This document shows positions 9,273 through 18,253 of a DNA stretch of 32,000 bases, piece after piece. Position 1 is the first letter of the stretch; each line of letters begins with the position of its first letter. Source of the stretch: Synechococcus elongatus PCC 6301 (GTDB lineage Bacteria; Cyanobacteriota; Cyanobacteriia; Synechococcales; Synechococcaceae); contig NC_006576.1 in NCBI RefSeq assembly GCF_000010065.1, positions 330,001 to 362,000 of the forward strand, given 5' to 3'. The translations under genes were made by a program, and so were the position numbers. The notes beneath the pieces were generated by a model that was given only the letters and a program-made list of their open reading frames with translations, did not search any database and was not told the DNA's origin.

Positions 9273-11119
9273 CAGGCTTTCTCCGTGAAGACAGGGGCAG
9301 TCAGTTGACGGGCTTGATGGGCCAGGAGTTGATCCTGCGCTTCCGCCAGATTGAGGGCTTGCTGAATGCTGTCGCGATCGACCCAGCCTTGAACCGCAGT
9401 CATGGCCACAGCTGACTCATCCGTTCCCCCCGCAAGCACCGGTAATTGCTGCAGGCCGCGCACATCCATCCGCGCGATCGCCTCCGCGAGACTTTCGCCG
9501 CAATGCACCCAAATCAACTCTCGGCTGGCGATCGCTAGGAGTGGTTCTGTCGGAGTTGCTGAGAGGCTGCGTTGTAGGTCGGGTAACGTCACTAAACCTA
9601 AGACGCGATCGTGGCGATCGTGCACGAGGGCGTGATAACTGGCAGCCTCGATCAGCTGGGCTAGGGCTTGATCAGCCGTTAAGTCACTGGGGAGCCAGCA
9701 ATCCACCGGACGCAGCGCCACTTCCACAGGCAACCGAAGCGGTAAATCTGGCTCTCGCTTTTGGGGTAACCCGGGCAGATCAGAATGGGTCGCTTTGGGT
9801 CGCAGGCGATCGGCCAGCCAAGCACTCAGGCCTGCCGCCGCCATCAGTGGCAGCACAATCCGATAGTCCCGTGTCAATTCAAACAGCAGCAAAATCGCCG
9901 TCAATGGAGCACGGACACTTCCCGCCAGTACAGCAGCCATGCCGACCATGGCGTAGGCCGGTGGCGTCGCGATCGGAATCCAGGAGGTTGGGAAAAAAGC
10001 CGTTAACACCCAGCCGTAGAAGCTACCCAAAACGGCACCGAGGAACATCGCGGGAGCAAAGCCCCCGCCCACAAAGCCACTGGCTAGACAGAGCGCCGTG
10101 AGGCCGAGCTTACCGATCAGCAAGAGCACCAACGTTAGGGGCGTCAGGCTCATGCCACTGAGTAGCCCCTCAATTGTTTCGTAGCCGACGCCCAGTACTT
10201 GAGGGAACTGGAGCGCAACGAGCCCGACAATCAAGCCAGCCAACGCAGGCCGCAGCGATCGCGGAATTCGTCCCAAGACTGCACCGATCGCGGTTTCGCC
10301 GCGAAAGGCTTGCTGCAGCACCTGCACCAGTGCCATGTAGCTACTGGATACCAAGCTAGCGAGCACGCCCAGCCCCAGATAGAGCGGCAGTTCTAAGGGC
10401 GATCGCACGACGTAGTCTGGCAGGGAAAAAGCCGGTTGTGCTCCTAGCCCCACTTGCGCAACCAGCGCCGACAGGACGGCCGCAATCAAGACGGCACTGA
10501 CGGCTGCCCCAGCAAAACTGGTGCCCAGCACGACTTCGAAGGCAAAGAAAACCCCTGCGATCGGGGCATTAAAACCAGCTGCAATCCCAGCCGCAGCCCC
10601 AGCGCCAATCAGCAACAGCTGCCGCTCGCGCGACATTTTGGCCCAACGGGCGATCGCCAGCCCTAAGTTGCCGCCACTCTCCACACTCGGTCCTTCCGGC
10701 CCCAGAGAAGCGCCACTGGCCAGCGAGAGTGATGCGGCAAAAAGTTTCTGCGGTGTCCGCAGCGGTTCATCACCACCAGTCCCACGCGCTAGGCCAATCA
10801 ACCCCGTCATACTTGGCCCAAAACGCGGCCAAATCAGGATCAGACCGCCCATCACCAGACCGCCCAGTAGGGGAATGAGCGCCAGGGTTTGATGGCCACC
10901 CCAAGCTGAGAGCGTACTGGTGAGCCAGCTAAACACCCCTTGATGCAAGGACTCGTAGAGCAAGTGGAAGCCTACGATCGCAGCACCTGTGCTCAGCCCA
11001 ACGCCAGCCGCGAGCAGCAGTAGGTAGGACTCAGGGCTAAACAGCCGCACCAGAGGATTGCTCCAGTGCAGCCCGACAGGCGGATTGGGAATCTCAGCAA
11101 CAGGAGGAGGGGTCGTCAT
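9272..11119 (-). CDS. ClC-type voltage-gated chloride channel / Cl-:H+ antiporter with a C-terminal CBS pair
   Basis: 615 aa. Motifs GASLGPEGPSVE (GxEGP), GFNAPIAGVFFAFE and GGGFAPAMFLGA. C-terminal CBS-like segments (ALVHDRHDRVLGLVTLPDL; RGLQQLPVLAGG). Confidence 0.9.
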   Translation of the reverse strand: MTTPPPVAEIPNPPVGLHWSNPLVRLFSPESYLLLLAAGVGLSTGAAIVGFHLLYESLHQGVFSWLTSTLSAWGGHQTLALIPLLGGLVMGGLILIWPRFGPSMTGLIGLARGTGGDEPLRTPQKLFAASLSLASGASLGPEGPSVESGGNLGLAIARWAKMSRERQLLLIGAGAAAGIAAGFNAPIAGVFFAFEVVLGTSFAGAAVSAVLIAAVLSALVAQVGLGAQPAFSLPDYVVRSPLELPLYLGLGVLASLVSSSYMALVQVLQQAFRGETAIGAVLGRIPRSLRPALAGLIVGLVALQFPQVLGVGYETIEGLLSGMSLTPLTLVLLLIGKLGLTALCLASGFVGGGFAPAMFLGAVLGSFYGWVLTAFFPTSWIPIATPPAYAMVGMAAVLAGSVRAPLTAILLLFELTRDYRIVLPLMAAAGLSAWLADRLRPKATHSDLPGLPQKREPDLPLRLPVEVALRPVDCWLPSDLTADQALAQLIEAASYHALVHDRHDRVLGLVTLPDLQRSLSATPTEPLLAIASRELIWVHCGESLAEAIARMDVRGLQQLPVLAGGTDESAVAMTAVQGWVDRDSIQQALNLAEAQDQLLAHQARQLTAPVFTEKA

Positions 11120-11170
11120 GGCCTAGCCAATCCGGGATCTTCTTCGGGTCTAGCGCAATGGGAGCTGTTC

Positions 11171-11725
11171 CTAGCGCCGACCAATCGACTGTTGGTAGGC
11201 CGGCCGCTGCGTCAGACGGCGAATGTAGTCCTGCACAGCGGGGTAGGGACTGAGGTCGAAGTCCGGGAAGAACATCGGCACGTAGGCCAGATAGGAACCC
11301 ACGGCGACATCTGAAACACTGAGGCGATCGCTCACCAGATACTCACGCTGACTGAGCAGGGTATTGAGGCTCCCCAGCAACCGCGGCGCTTCTTTGGCGC
11401 GGTTGGCTTCTACAAACAGGCCAGGGCCCAGCGTCGCATTGGCAAACAACACCCACTGCGCTGCGATCGCGCGGTCTTGCGGGGTCTGCAGCTCGCCAAA
11501 TTTTTCAGCGAGGTAGAGCAAAATCGCACCAGATTCCCAAAGGGTGAATGCGTCGTCGACCAGAGCTGGCACTTTGCCAAAGGGATTGAGTGACAAAAAG
11601 GTCGGTTGCCGATGCTCACCTGCTGCCATATCGACGGCAACAGATTCGTAGGGCTGACCGAGTTCTTCGAGGTACCAGGCAACAAGAGAAGCGCGGGTGC
11701 GAGCGCTGCCGTACAGCTTCAGCAT
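11171..11725 (-). CDS. glutathione S-transferase
   Basis: 184 aa. MLKLYGS..., FGKVPALVDD and WESGAILLYLAEKF (thioredoxin-like GST N-domain), followed by a helical C-domain. Confidence 0.88.
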   Translation of the reverse strand: MLKLYGSARTRASLVAWYLEELGQPYESVAVDMAAGEHRQPTFLSLNPFGKVPALVDDAFTLWESGAILLYLAEKFGELQTPQDRAIAAQWVLFANATLGPGLFVEANRAKEAPRLLGSLNTLLSQREYLVSDRLSVSDVAVGSYLAYVPMFFPDFDLSPYPAVQDYIRRLTQRPAYQQSIGRR

Positions 11726-11788
11726 GGGTCGCGTTCACGAGAGGGTCGTTTCCACTCTACGGTGAAGAAACCTGCATCCTGCTAACTG

Positions 11789-12952
11789 ATGACCCGCGAT
11801 CGCTTACTCACCCACCGCCAGCAATTCCCAGCGCTCCAAAACAAGGCCTATTTCAACTACGGCGGACAGGGGCCGCTCTCAACGGCAGCGTTGACAGCGA
11901 TTCAAACTGCTTTCGCCGATAGTCAGCAGCTTGGACCTTTTTCCCTGGCAACTGGTCAGCGAGTCGAGCAGATTAGCGATCGCCTGCGAACGGATCTGGC
12001 AGCGCTGCTTCAGACCCAGTCCGAGAACATCACCCTGACTGAAAATGTCTCGGTCGGCTGCAACATTGCGCTCTGGGGGGTGGATTGGCAGGCCGGCGAT
12101 CGCCTTTTGATCACCGACTGCGAGCATCCCAGCGTCATCGCTACCGCACAGGCGATCGCCCAACGCTTTGGCGTAGAGCTGGATATTTGGCCGTTGCAGG
12201 CTGCTGTTGTCGCCGGTCAGGATTTAACTGAAGCGTTTGCAGCGCAACTCAACTCCCGAACGCGACTCGCTGCGATCAGTCACGTCCTCTGGAATTACGG
12301 CACAGTTCTGCCCCTCGCCGCGATCGCCGAACAAGCGCACCGTCAGGACTGCCTGCTTTTGGTCGACGGAGCGCAATCGGTAGGGCTGTTGCCGCTAGAT
12401 CTGCCCGCTACTGGAGTCGATTTCTACGCCTTCACCGGCCATAAGTGGCTCTGTGGCCCCGAAGGAGTGGGTGGTCTCTACAGTCGACCGGAGTCCCGCG
12501 CCACTTCTCTGCCGACTTGGTTGGGCTGGCGAGGGGTCGAAAAGAATACCCAGGGCCGACCGATTCGCTCTAAAAGTGATGGTCGTCGCTACGAAATTGC
12601 GACCTCGGCTTATCCGCTCTATGCGGGTCTGAGTGCTGCGATCGCCCAACAAGCTGATTACGGGACGATTGAGGATCGCTACAATCGCAGCCGCCAACTG
12701 GCCCAGTGGCTCTGGCAGTCGTTACAGGCATTACCAAAGGTGCGCTGCCTCGCAACCACACTGCCACAAGCTGGGCTGATTTCGTTTCAAATCGATAGCT
12801 CTCAGTCCCCGTTCAAAATCGTTAGCCACCTGGAAGGCCAAGGACTGCAAATTCGCAGTTTGGTCGGCCCAGATTGTCTCCGGGCCTGCTGTCACTACCT
12901 GACTTTGGAAACTGAGTTGGAGTCGCTAGTTGCCGCGATCGCCCAGATCTAG
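11789..12952 (+). CDS. class V aminotransferase / cysteine desulfurase-like PLP enzyme
   Basis: 387 aa. FNYGGQGP, LLLVDGAQS and FYAFTGHKWLCGPEGVGGLY (PLP lysine context). Confidence 0.88.
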   Translation: MTRDRLLTHRQQFPALQNKAYFNYGGQGPLSTAALTAIQTAFADSQQLGPFSLATGQRVEQISDRLRTDLAALLQTQSENITLTENVSVGCNIALWGVDWQAGDRLLITDCEHPSVIATAQAIAQRFGVELDIWPLQAAVVAGQDLTEAFAAQLNSRTRLAAISHVLWNYGTVLPLAAIAEQAHRQDCLLLVDGAQSVGLLPLDLPATGVDFYAFTGHKWLCGPEGVGGLYSRPESRATSLPTWLGWRGVEKNTQGRPIRSKSDGRRYEIATSAYPLYAGLSAAIAQQADYGTIEDRYNRSRQLAQWLWQSLQALPKVRCLATTLPQAGLISFQIDSSQSPFKIVSHLEGQGLQIRSLVGPDCLRACCHYLTLETELESLVAAIAQI

Positions 12953-13344
12953 TGACTCGCTGTAGTTAGCTTTGCATTCTTCAGCGCCCGCAGCCGCCGC
13001 GAGAAGCTCCGGATCACATCCAGCGCAAAGGTCGGTGTTTCTTGGATGGCAAACAGGAAGCGCCGGCGGTCGAGACGAGCCAGTCGGCAGTCTTGACGCG
13101 CGATCGCAGTGGTGGCGCGAAACTTCTGGGCTTGGACGAGAGCACCTTCCCCAAAAACATCACCTGCTTGCAGGACTTCAACGGTGCGATCGCCCACCTT
13201 GAGCTCTACCTCACCGGCAAGAATGCCATACATTTCTGCGGCAGCCTCTCCCTCCGAAAAGATGACACTCCCTGCTGGAATCAAAAGATCTTCCGCGTCA
13301 CGTTGGAGTGCTTTGACGGTCGATGCAGGTGCAAACATGGGCAT
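12949..13344 (-). CDS. stand-alone cyclic-nucleotide-binding domain protein
   Basis: 131 aa. FSEGEAAAEMYGILAGEVELKV...GDVFGEGALV...RATTAIARQDCRLARLDRRRF is a complete cNMP beta-roll with no attached output domain. Confidence 0.85.
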   Translation of the reverse strand: MPMFAPASTVKALQRDAEDLLIPAGSVIFSEGEAAAEMYGILAGEVELKVGDRTVEVLQAGDVFGEGALVQAQKFRATTAIARQDCRLARLDRRRFLFAIQETPTFALDVIRSFSRRLRALKNAKLTTASH

Positions 13345-13582
13345 TCCCCCTCCCCGGGTTAGCAGTGGAAAGAGCTAGAGAGACTTATCAGCATCGCCAA
13401 AAATGGTGTTCGCAGAAAAGCTCTTAAACGGTTCTTAACCTAAGGGTTAACCTAACGCATTCCAAGTCGCTGTGATCAACGACACCGTTTGCCAAGCGAT
13501 CGCGATGTGATCAGCGTTCTTGCAGGCGCCGGCAACTGCCCTTCAGAATGAACAGTGAACTGTCCCTCACCCGCAACCCACC

Positions 13583-13864
13583 ATGAGCCAACCCAATCGT
13601 TTCGCAGGCGGCTTCCTTTTGGGTGCTGTCTTTGGCGGCATTCTCGGCGGCGTCTTGGGAGTAGCCCTCAGCCAACGCTCCGCTGCAGCGCTGAATGCGG
13701 GTGCAGAACGGGACGGTGACGACGATCGTGATCCAGAAGGTCCAATCGATAGCACTCGGCGCGGCCTCGAGGACAAGATTGCTCAGCTCAGCGATGCGAT
13801 CGATGACGTTCAGCAGCAGTTGCGTAATGTGCAGCCGCTGGCTGATCTGCAAGCCGACGACTGA
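13583..13864 (+). CDS. small membrane-anchored coiled-coil protein (YtxH-like)
   Basis: 93 aa. Gly-rich TM segment GGFLLGAVFGGILGGVLGVAL, then an acidic linker and a helical tail LEDKIAQLSDAIDDVQQQLRNV. Third codon positions are GC-rich, as in the flanking genes. Confidence 0.6.
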   Translation: MSQPNRFAGGFLLGAVFGGILGGVLGVALSQRSAAALNAGAERDGDDDRDPEGPIDSTRRGLEDKIAQLSDAIDDVQQQLRNVQPLADLQADD

Positions 13865-13970
13865 CTCGACTGATTCTGCGGGTGTGATCTCAGATTGATC
13901 AGGATATTTCTGGGCAGCGATCAACGTCGGCTAGTCAGACTTGCTGCGATCGCTACTGCCACCAGAGATC

Positions 13971-15248
13971 TCAAGTCAAGCTGGCGGCAATCGCGGTTTC
14001 CAAGAATCGGTAGAGGTCTGCGGCTTCTTCGCCTCGGAGCGAGCGGTCTTTGAGGTCTTGCAGGACAGGCGTGAGCTGGTCGCAGCGATCGCGGTAGGCC
14101 TGATGCTCCGCCAATTGATCGGCAAAGACGCTAGCCTCGATTGCCTCAGGGGTGACCTGTTCACTCAACAGCACGGGTGAGGCAAATTCCCGACCGCTGA
14201 CGTCGTAGCGCAGGTTAAAAATCAGCGCCCGACTTTGTTGGTGAAGCTGCGCTTGCAGCGATCGCGTATCGAACTCTGAGCGCGGGAAGGCCACAGAGCC
14301 ACTGATTCGCAGCTCAACGATTGCTTCTTGCGTAGTTCCGGTGGCAATCGCCTGCTCAACCGTTGCGATCGCGGCGGCTTCCAAGTCTGCGGGTGACCAA
14401 TCTACGCGCGTTTCAAGACGCAAACGGACTATAGGCCGCTGCAGATAGTCCCGTTGCAAAGTGACTTGCGGTTGCTTCTGGCCTGACTTCAATTCCACCG
14501 ACAGCACGCCCCGAGGCGCTTGATCCTGGCCTTCGGCAATACTGTTCGCTTCCACCGAACCGGGATTAAAGACCCAGTTTTCTAGCTCGTAATACTTATG
14601 AATATGGCCAAGCGCGAGGTAGTTCACGCCCGCTTCACGCAGGGGCAACAAATCCTCGTAGCGCAAGGCGCCGCTATAGCGGGCGATCTGGCCTTCCACG
14701 CCGTGATGAAACAGCATCACGGTATGTTCAGGGCCAGGCGGTAAAGCGCGAATATCCGCAGCCAAAAGACGAATCATCTGCGGAGCGGCGGAGCCATACC
14801 AACAGGAGCCCAGGATCCGCACGCCGCAGTCGAGGTCGATGTAGCTGCCAGTGTGGGTTTCGGGATCCCAGGGTTGATAGCGGTTATCGCCTTCGGCAAC
14901 ACTCGCTTCTGGCTCCAGCAAAATCAGGCCATACCATTCGGCGAGGTAGCGGAGCCAACTACTACGGCTACCGTAGGGCCGATGATCATGGTTTCCCTCG
15001 ATCGCGATCGCGGGGATCTCAGCTTTCTTCAGCAGGTCTAGCACCAGCAACGCCTGACTGAGAATGGCCGGCTGCACCACTTTGTGTTCGAACAAATCGC
15101 CGGCAATCACCACAAAATCGACCTTAGGGTCAATCGCATAGCGAACGAGCGCATCTTCGAGAGCGTGAAAGAAGTCGGTGGTGCGCTTGGGATTGTTGTA
15201 GCGATCGAAGCCTAAATGAACATCCGCTAGATGCAGAAAACGCGCCAT
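13971..15248 (-). CDS. metallophosphoesterase, SbcD/Mre11-like DNA repair exonuclease
   Basis: 425 aa. Calcineurin-like motifs LHLADVHLG, VVIAGDLFE, IEGNHD, MLFHHG and ALGHIH in the canonical order. Confidence 0.85.
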   Translation of the reverse strand: MARFLHLADVHLGFDRYNNPKRTTDFFHALEDALVRYAIDPKVDFVVIAGDLFEHKVVQPAILSQALLVLDLLKKAEIPAIAIEGNHDHRPYGSRSSWLRYLAEWYGLILLEPEASVAEGDNRYQPWDPETHTGSYIDLDCGVRILGSCWYGSAAPQMIRLLAADIRALPPGPEHTVMLFHHGVEGQIARYSGALRYEDLLPLREAGVNYLALGHIHKYYELENWVFNPGSVEANSIAEGQDQAPRGVLSVELKSGQKQPQVTLQRDYLQRPIVRLRLETRVDWSPADLEAAAIATVEQAIATGTTQEAIVELRISGSVAFPRSEFDTRSLQAQLHQQSRALIFNLRYDVSGREFASPVLLSEQVTPEAIEASVFADQLAEHQAYRDRCDQLTPVLQDLKDRSLRGEEAADLYRFLETAIAASLT

Positions 15249-15316
15249 ATCATCGCCAGACTTCCAGCCAGCAGTTTAACGGCGATCGCTCTTGCATTGC
15301 TGAGGGCCTAGGGCAC

Positions 15317-16366
15317 CTAGGCGGACCGCTGATAGAGCTCAGCCACAGCTTCTAGGGGCAAGCGCGATCGCACGGTCAGGCTTAGATCCGAGCGATCGCC
15401 CACTGCGAGGTGAGCCGCTGCCGCACAGGCAATCATGGCAGCGTTGTCGGTACAGAGCGAAAGCGGCGGAAAGAGCGTTGTGATGCCATGCTCAGCTGCC
15501 GCTTTGCCCAGTTGTTCGCGCAGACCGCGATTAGCTGCAACCCCGCCCCCCACGGCGATCGTGGTTAACCCCTCATCCAAGGCTGCTGCGATCGCTCGTT
15601 TGGTCAGGCTGCGAGCCACTGTCGCTTGGAAGCTGGCTGCCAGATCCGCGATCGGAAGGTCTTCAGATTCTGCCCGCAGGCGATCGCAAAGCCGCAACAT
15701 TGCTGTTTTGAGACCACTAAAGCTGCAGTCGTAGGGGTGATACCCCCCACCCGGCAGGGAAATTTGGCCTTCTGGCAGCGGAAACGCTTTGGGATTGCCA
15801 TTGGCTGCGAGGCGATCGATCACGGGCCCACCGGGATAGCCCAAGCCCATCAGTCGGGCGACTTTATCAAAGGCTTCACCGGCCGCATCATCGCGGGTTT
15901 GCCCAAGGGTTCGGTATTGGCCACAGCCATCGACTCGAATCAGGCTGGTGTGCCCGCCCGAAACCAGCAGCGACAGGAACGGCGGCTCCAAGGAGGGCTC
16001 CTGTAAATAGGCCGCGAAAATATGACCTTCGAGGTGATGAACGCCCAAAAACGGTTTGTTGTGCAGCAGCGCCAGTGTCTTAGCAGCCATAGTGCCAACT
16101 AGTAGAGCGCCGACTAAACCGGGTGCAACCGTCGCTGCAATCCCATCGATCGCCGACCAATCAAGGCCTGCCTCAGAGAGGGCGAGCGCGATCGCGGGAT
16201 TGACGGTTTCTAGATGCTGCCGCGCCGCCATTTCCGGCACAACTCCGCCGTAGCGACGGTGCAGATCAATCTGCGAACTGACAATGCTGCTGAGAATGTG
16301 ACGATCCTTTACGATCGCCACCGCTGTTTCATCACAACTTGTTTCAACTGCTAAAACGGTTGTCAT
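15317..16366 (-). CDS. tsaD: tRNA N6-adenosine threonylcarbamoyltransferase
   Basis: [31 protein letters not shown] and [13 protein letters not shown] at 16364-16366; the track adds one TTG codon. Confidence 0.93.
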   Translation of the reverse strand: MTTVLAVETSCDETAVAIVKDRHILSSIVSSQIDLHRRYGGVVPEMAARQHLETVNPAIALALSEAGLDWSAIDGIAATVAPGLVGALLVGTMAAKTLALLHNKPFLGVHHLEGHIFAAYLQEPSLEPPFLSLLVSGGHTSLIRVDGCGQYRTLGQTRDDAAGEAFDKVARLMGLGYPGGPVIDRLAANGNPKAFPLPEGQISLPGGGYHPYDCSFSGLKTAMLRLCDRLRAESEDLPIADLAASFQATVARSLTKRAIAAALDEGLTTIAVGGGVAANRGLREQLGKAAAEHGITTLFPPLSLCTDNAAMIACAAAAHLAVGDRSDLSLTVRSRLPLEAVAELYQRSA

Positions 16367-16543
16367 CAACTGATACGGTTCCTGATAAAGCTTTCCCGAA
16401 GCTTCGGGATTGATTCTATTCGGAAACGAGTGCTTGGCGCTCGTCTTCGAGTTTTTGTACTGCTGGTCGGAGTTCGATCGCTCTTATCGATCGCGGCTCC
16501 CAATGCGACTGTTCTGTCGTCACTTCTCGAAGGAAGCCAGTTC

Positions 16544-17023
16544 ATGCGTCGACTGTTTGCTGTCGTGCTCGCCGCCTGTCTGTGGCTGGGCTTTGCTCCC
16601 CAGGCTTCGGCTGATGTTGCCGGCCTAACGCCCTGTAGCGAGTCCCCCCGTTTCATCCAACGGGCTGAAGCCGCTGCAACTCCCCAGGCGAAAGCCCGCT
16701 TCGAAAACTACTCCCAAGCCCTTTGCGGCGCGGATGGTCTGCCCCACCTGATCGTGGATGGCCGCCTCGATCACGCGGGTGATTTCATCATCCCCAGCTT
16801 GCTGTTCCTCTACATCGCCGGCTGGATTGGCTGGGTGGGTCGTTCCTACCTGCAAGCCATCAAGTCTGACAAAGATGCTGCAGGCAAAGAAATCGTGATC
16901 GATGTGCCCTTGGCCGTCAAGTTTTCCTTGACTGGTTTTGCTTGGCCCTTGGCAGCGTTCCAAGAGTTCAGCAGCGGTAAGCTACTTGCGAAAGCAGACG
17001 AAATCACCGTCTCGCCCCGCTAA
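16544..17023 (+). CDS. psaF: photosystem I reaction centre subunit III
   Basis: [23 protein letters not shown] signal, then [19 protein letters not shown]...[37 protein letters not shown] 16544 is preceded by AAGGAAG. Confidence 0.93.
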
Positions 17024-17057
17024 GATTTCTGTCGTTTTACGGAGCTGAATGCTAGCC

Positions 17058-17183
17058 ATGGATGGTCTCAAACGTTATCTATCTTCTGCCCCAATTCTCG
17101 CAACGATTTGGTTTGCGATTACTGCTGGCATCCTGATTGAATTCAATCGCTTCTTCCCTGATTTGCTCTTCCATCCCCTCTAG
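17058..17183 (+). CDS. psaJ: photosystem I reaction centre subunit IX
   Basis: Hand translation gives [41 protein letters not shown] (41 aa) with TAG at 17181-17183. It is below the 60-aa cut-off of the ORF track. GGAG lies 13 nt upstream. Confidence 0.9.
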
Positions 17184-17212
17184 GAAAGCGTCAGAAATCA
17201 AGTGACACTTAG

Positions 17213-17250
17213 AACCGGGTTGAGTCTATGACTGAGCCCGGTTTTCGTTT
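17213..17250 (+). terminator. rho-independent terminator of psaF-psaJ
   Basis: Stem aaccgggttgagt (17213-17225) pairs with actgagcccggtt (17231-17243), with one mismatch and one G-U pair. The loop is ctatg and the stem is followed by ttcgttt. Confidence 0.7.
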
Positions 17251-17515
17251 ATGGACTTGTTGTTCAAGGGGCATGCACAAAGAACTTATGGCAGTCTCTA
17301 ATCAAGTTAGGACGGTTCGTGAAGATGGGCATCCTCTGGGACTGTCTCAACTGAAACAATGGCTGCTAAGGAAACGTAGCCAGCAGCACAATCCATGAGA
17401 TCAATCTACGATCGCCCTTAGATCTCGATCGCCGCTGGTGAGATGGAAGGCGATCGCACCAGTTCGGAACAGCGGCAGTGAGTGCCCGCATTTCGAGCGA
17501 CTGGTGACGCCTGCT

Positions 17516-17546
17516 CAAAATAAATGAGGGAAGCAATGCTTCCCTC
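17516..17546 (-). terminator. rho-independent terminator downstream of the 225-aa membrane protein gene
   Basis: Perfect 9-bp stem gagggaagc (17526-17534) / gcttccctc (17538-17546). On the minus strand it is followed by ATTTATTTTG. It lies 30 nt past the stop at 17576. Confidence 0.7.
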
Positions 17547-17575
17547 TTCCACTTCCTCGCTGTTCGGCTTAGAGC

Positions 17576-18253
17576 CTATCTGACCGTTAAGGACGGTGGC
17601 GATCCCCCAAAGTTCCCGAGGATTTCAAAAAAAATTTGATTCCTGAAACTCCCTGACCGATCGCCTGTTGATTGCAGTCTTCGGGTCGCGATCGCCCCTG
17701 ACCAATCGGGCAGCGCCACCCAAACCACCCAGACATCGACCAGCAAGAGCAGCAGCGTCAGGACTAGCAGAATAATGTACATCCAAGGTTGGGAGAGGGG
17801 GCGCACATCGCGCATATCAATCGTTGTTCGCGCTTGCAGCAGGCGGGTGAGTTCCGCAAACCCAGCAATGCGCATTGGCAATAAGTAGCCTTGGCCTTGC
17901 TGATCAATCAGGTAGTAAACCAATCCACCCTGTCCAGTCGATCGCGGTTGGATGCGAGCGATCGCTTCCCAAGGCAACTGCCACTGCCGCCGTAGGAACC
18001 AACGGCACCAGGTGGGATAGCGGACTTGAATCCCTGCAGAGCTAACTTCGACCTGTTCACTGAGGGCGGCGTAGACCAGGACAAAGCCGATCGCTAAACC
18101 CACTTGCAGCCAGCGAGGGGAAACAGGTGCTTCCGTCACTTCCGCTAAGCTCGCGAGGGGACTGGTGAGCGCTAGGTAGAGCAGCAATAACGTGCCGCGA
18201 ATCAAGGGCGAAATGCGATAAACCCGTTGCTCTGGCAAAAATTCAGTCGTCAT
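17576..18253 (-). CDS. hypothetical membrane protein: two TM segments, a ~95-aa soluble (possibly bacterial PH-like) domain, then a third TM segment
   Basis: ATG at 18251-18253 (MTTEFLPEQRVYRISPLIRGTLLLLYLALTS...). Hydrophobic stretches WLQVGLAIGFVLVYAAL and WMYIILLVLTLLLLLVDVWVVWVAL. The track ORF extends to 18307. Confidence 0.7.
   Translation of the reverse strand: MTTEFLPEQRVYRISPLIRGTLLLLYLALTSPLASLAEVTEAPVSPRWLQVGLAIGFVLVYAALSEQVEVSSAGIQVRYPTWCRWFLRRQWQLPWEAIARIQPRSTGQGGLVYYLIDQQGQGYLLPMRIAGFAELTRLLQARTTIDMRDVRPLSQPWMYIILLVLTLLLLLVDVWVVWVALPDWSGAIATRRLQSTGDRSGSFRNQIFFEILGNFGGSPPSLTVR

Noticed and set aside
13511-13924. A 137-aa minus-strand ORF that fully covers the 93-aa YtxH-like gene.
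   Set aside because: The plus-strand product has a coherent TM-plus-coiled-coil architecture and GC-rich third positions. The minus-strand product has no motifs and would run head-on into the sbcD-like gene's 3' region. I kept the plus-strand call at moderate confidence only.
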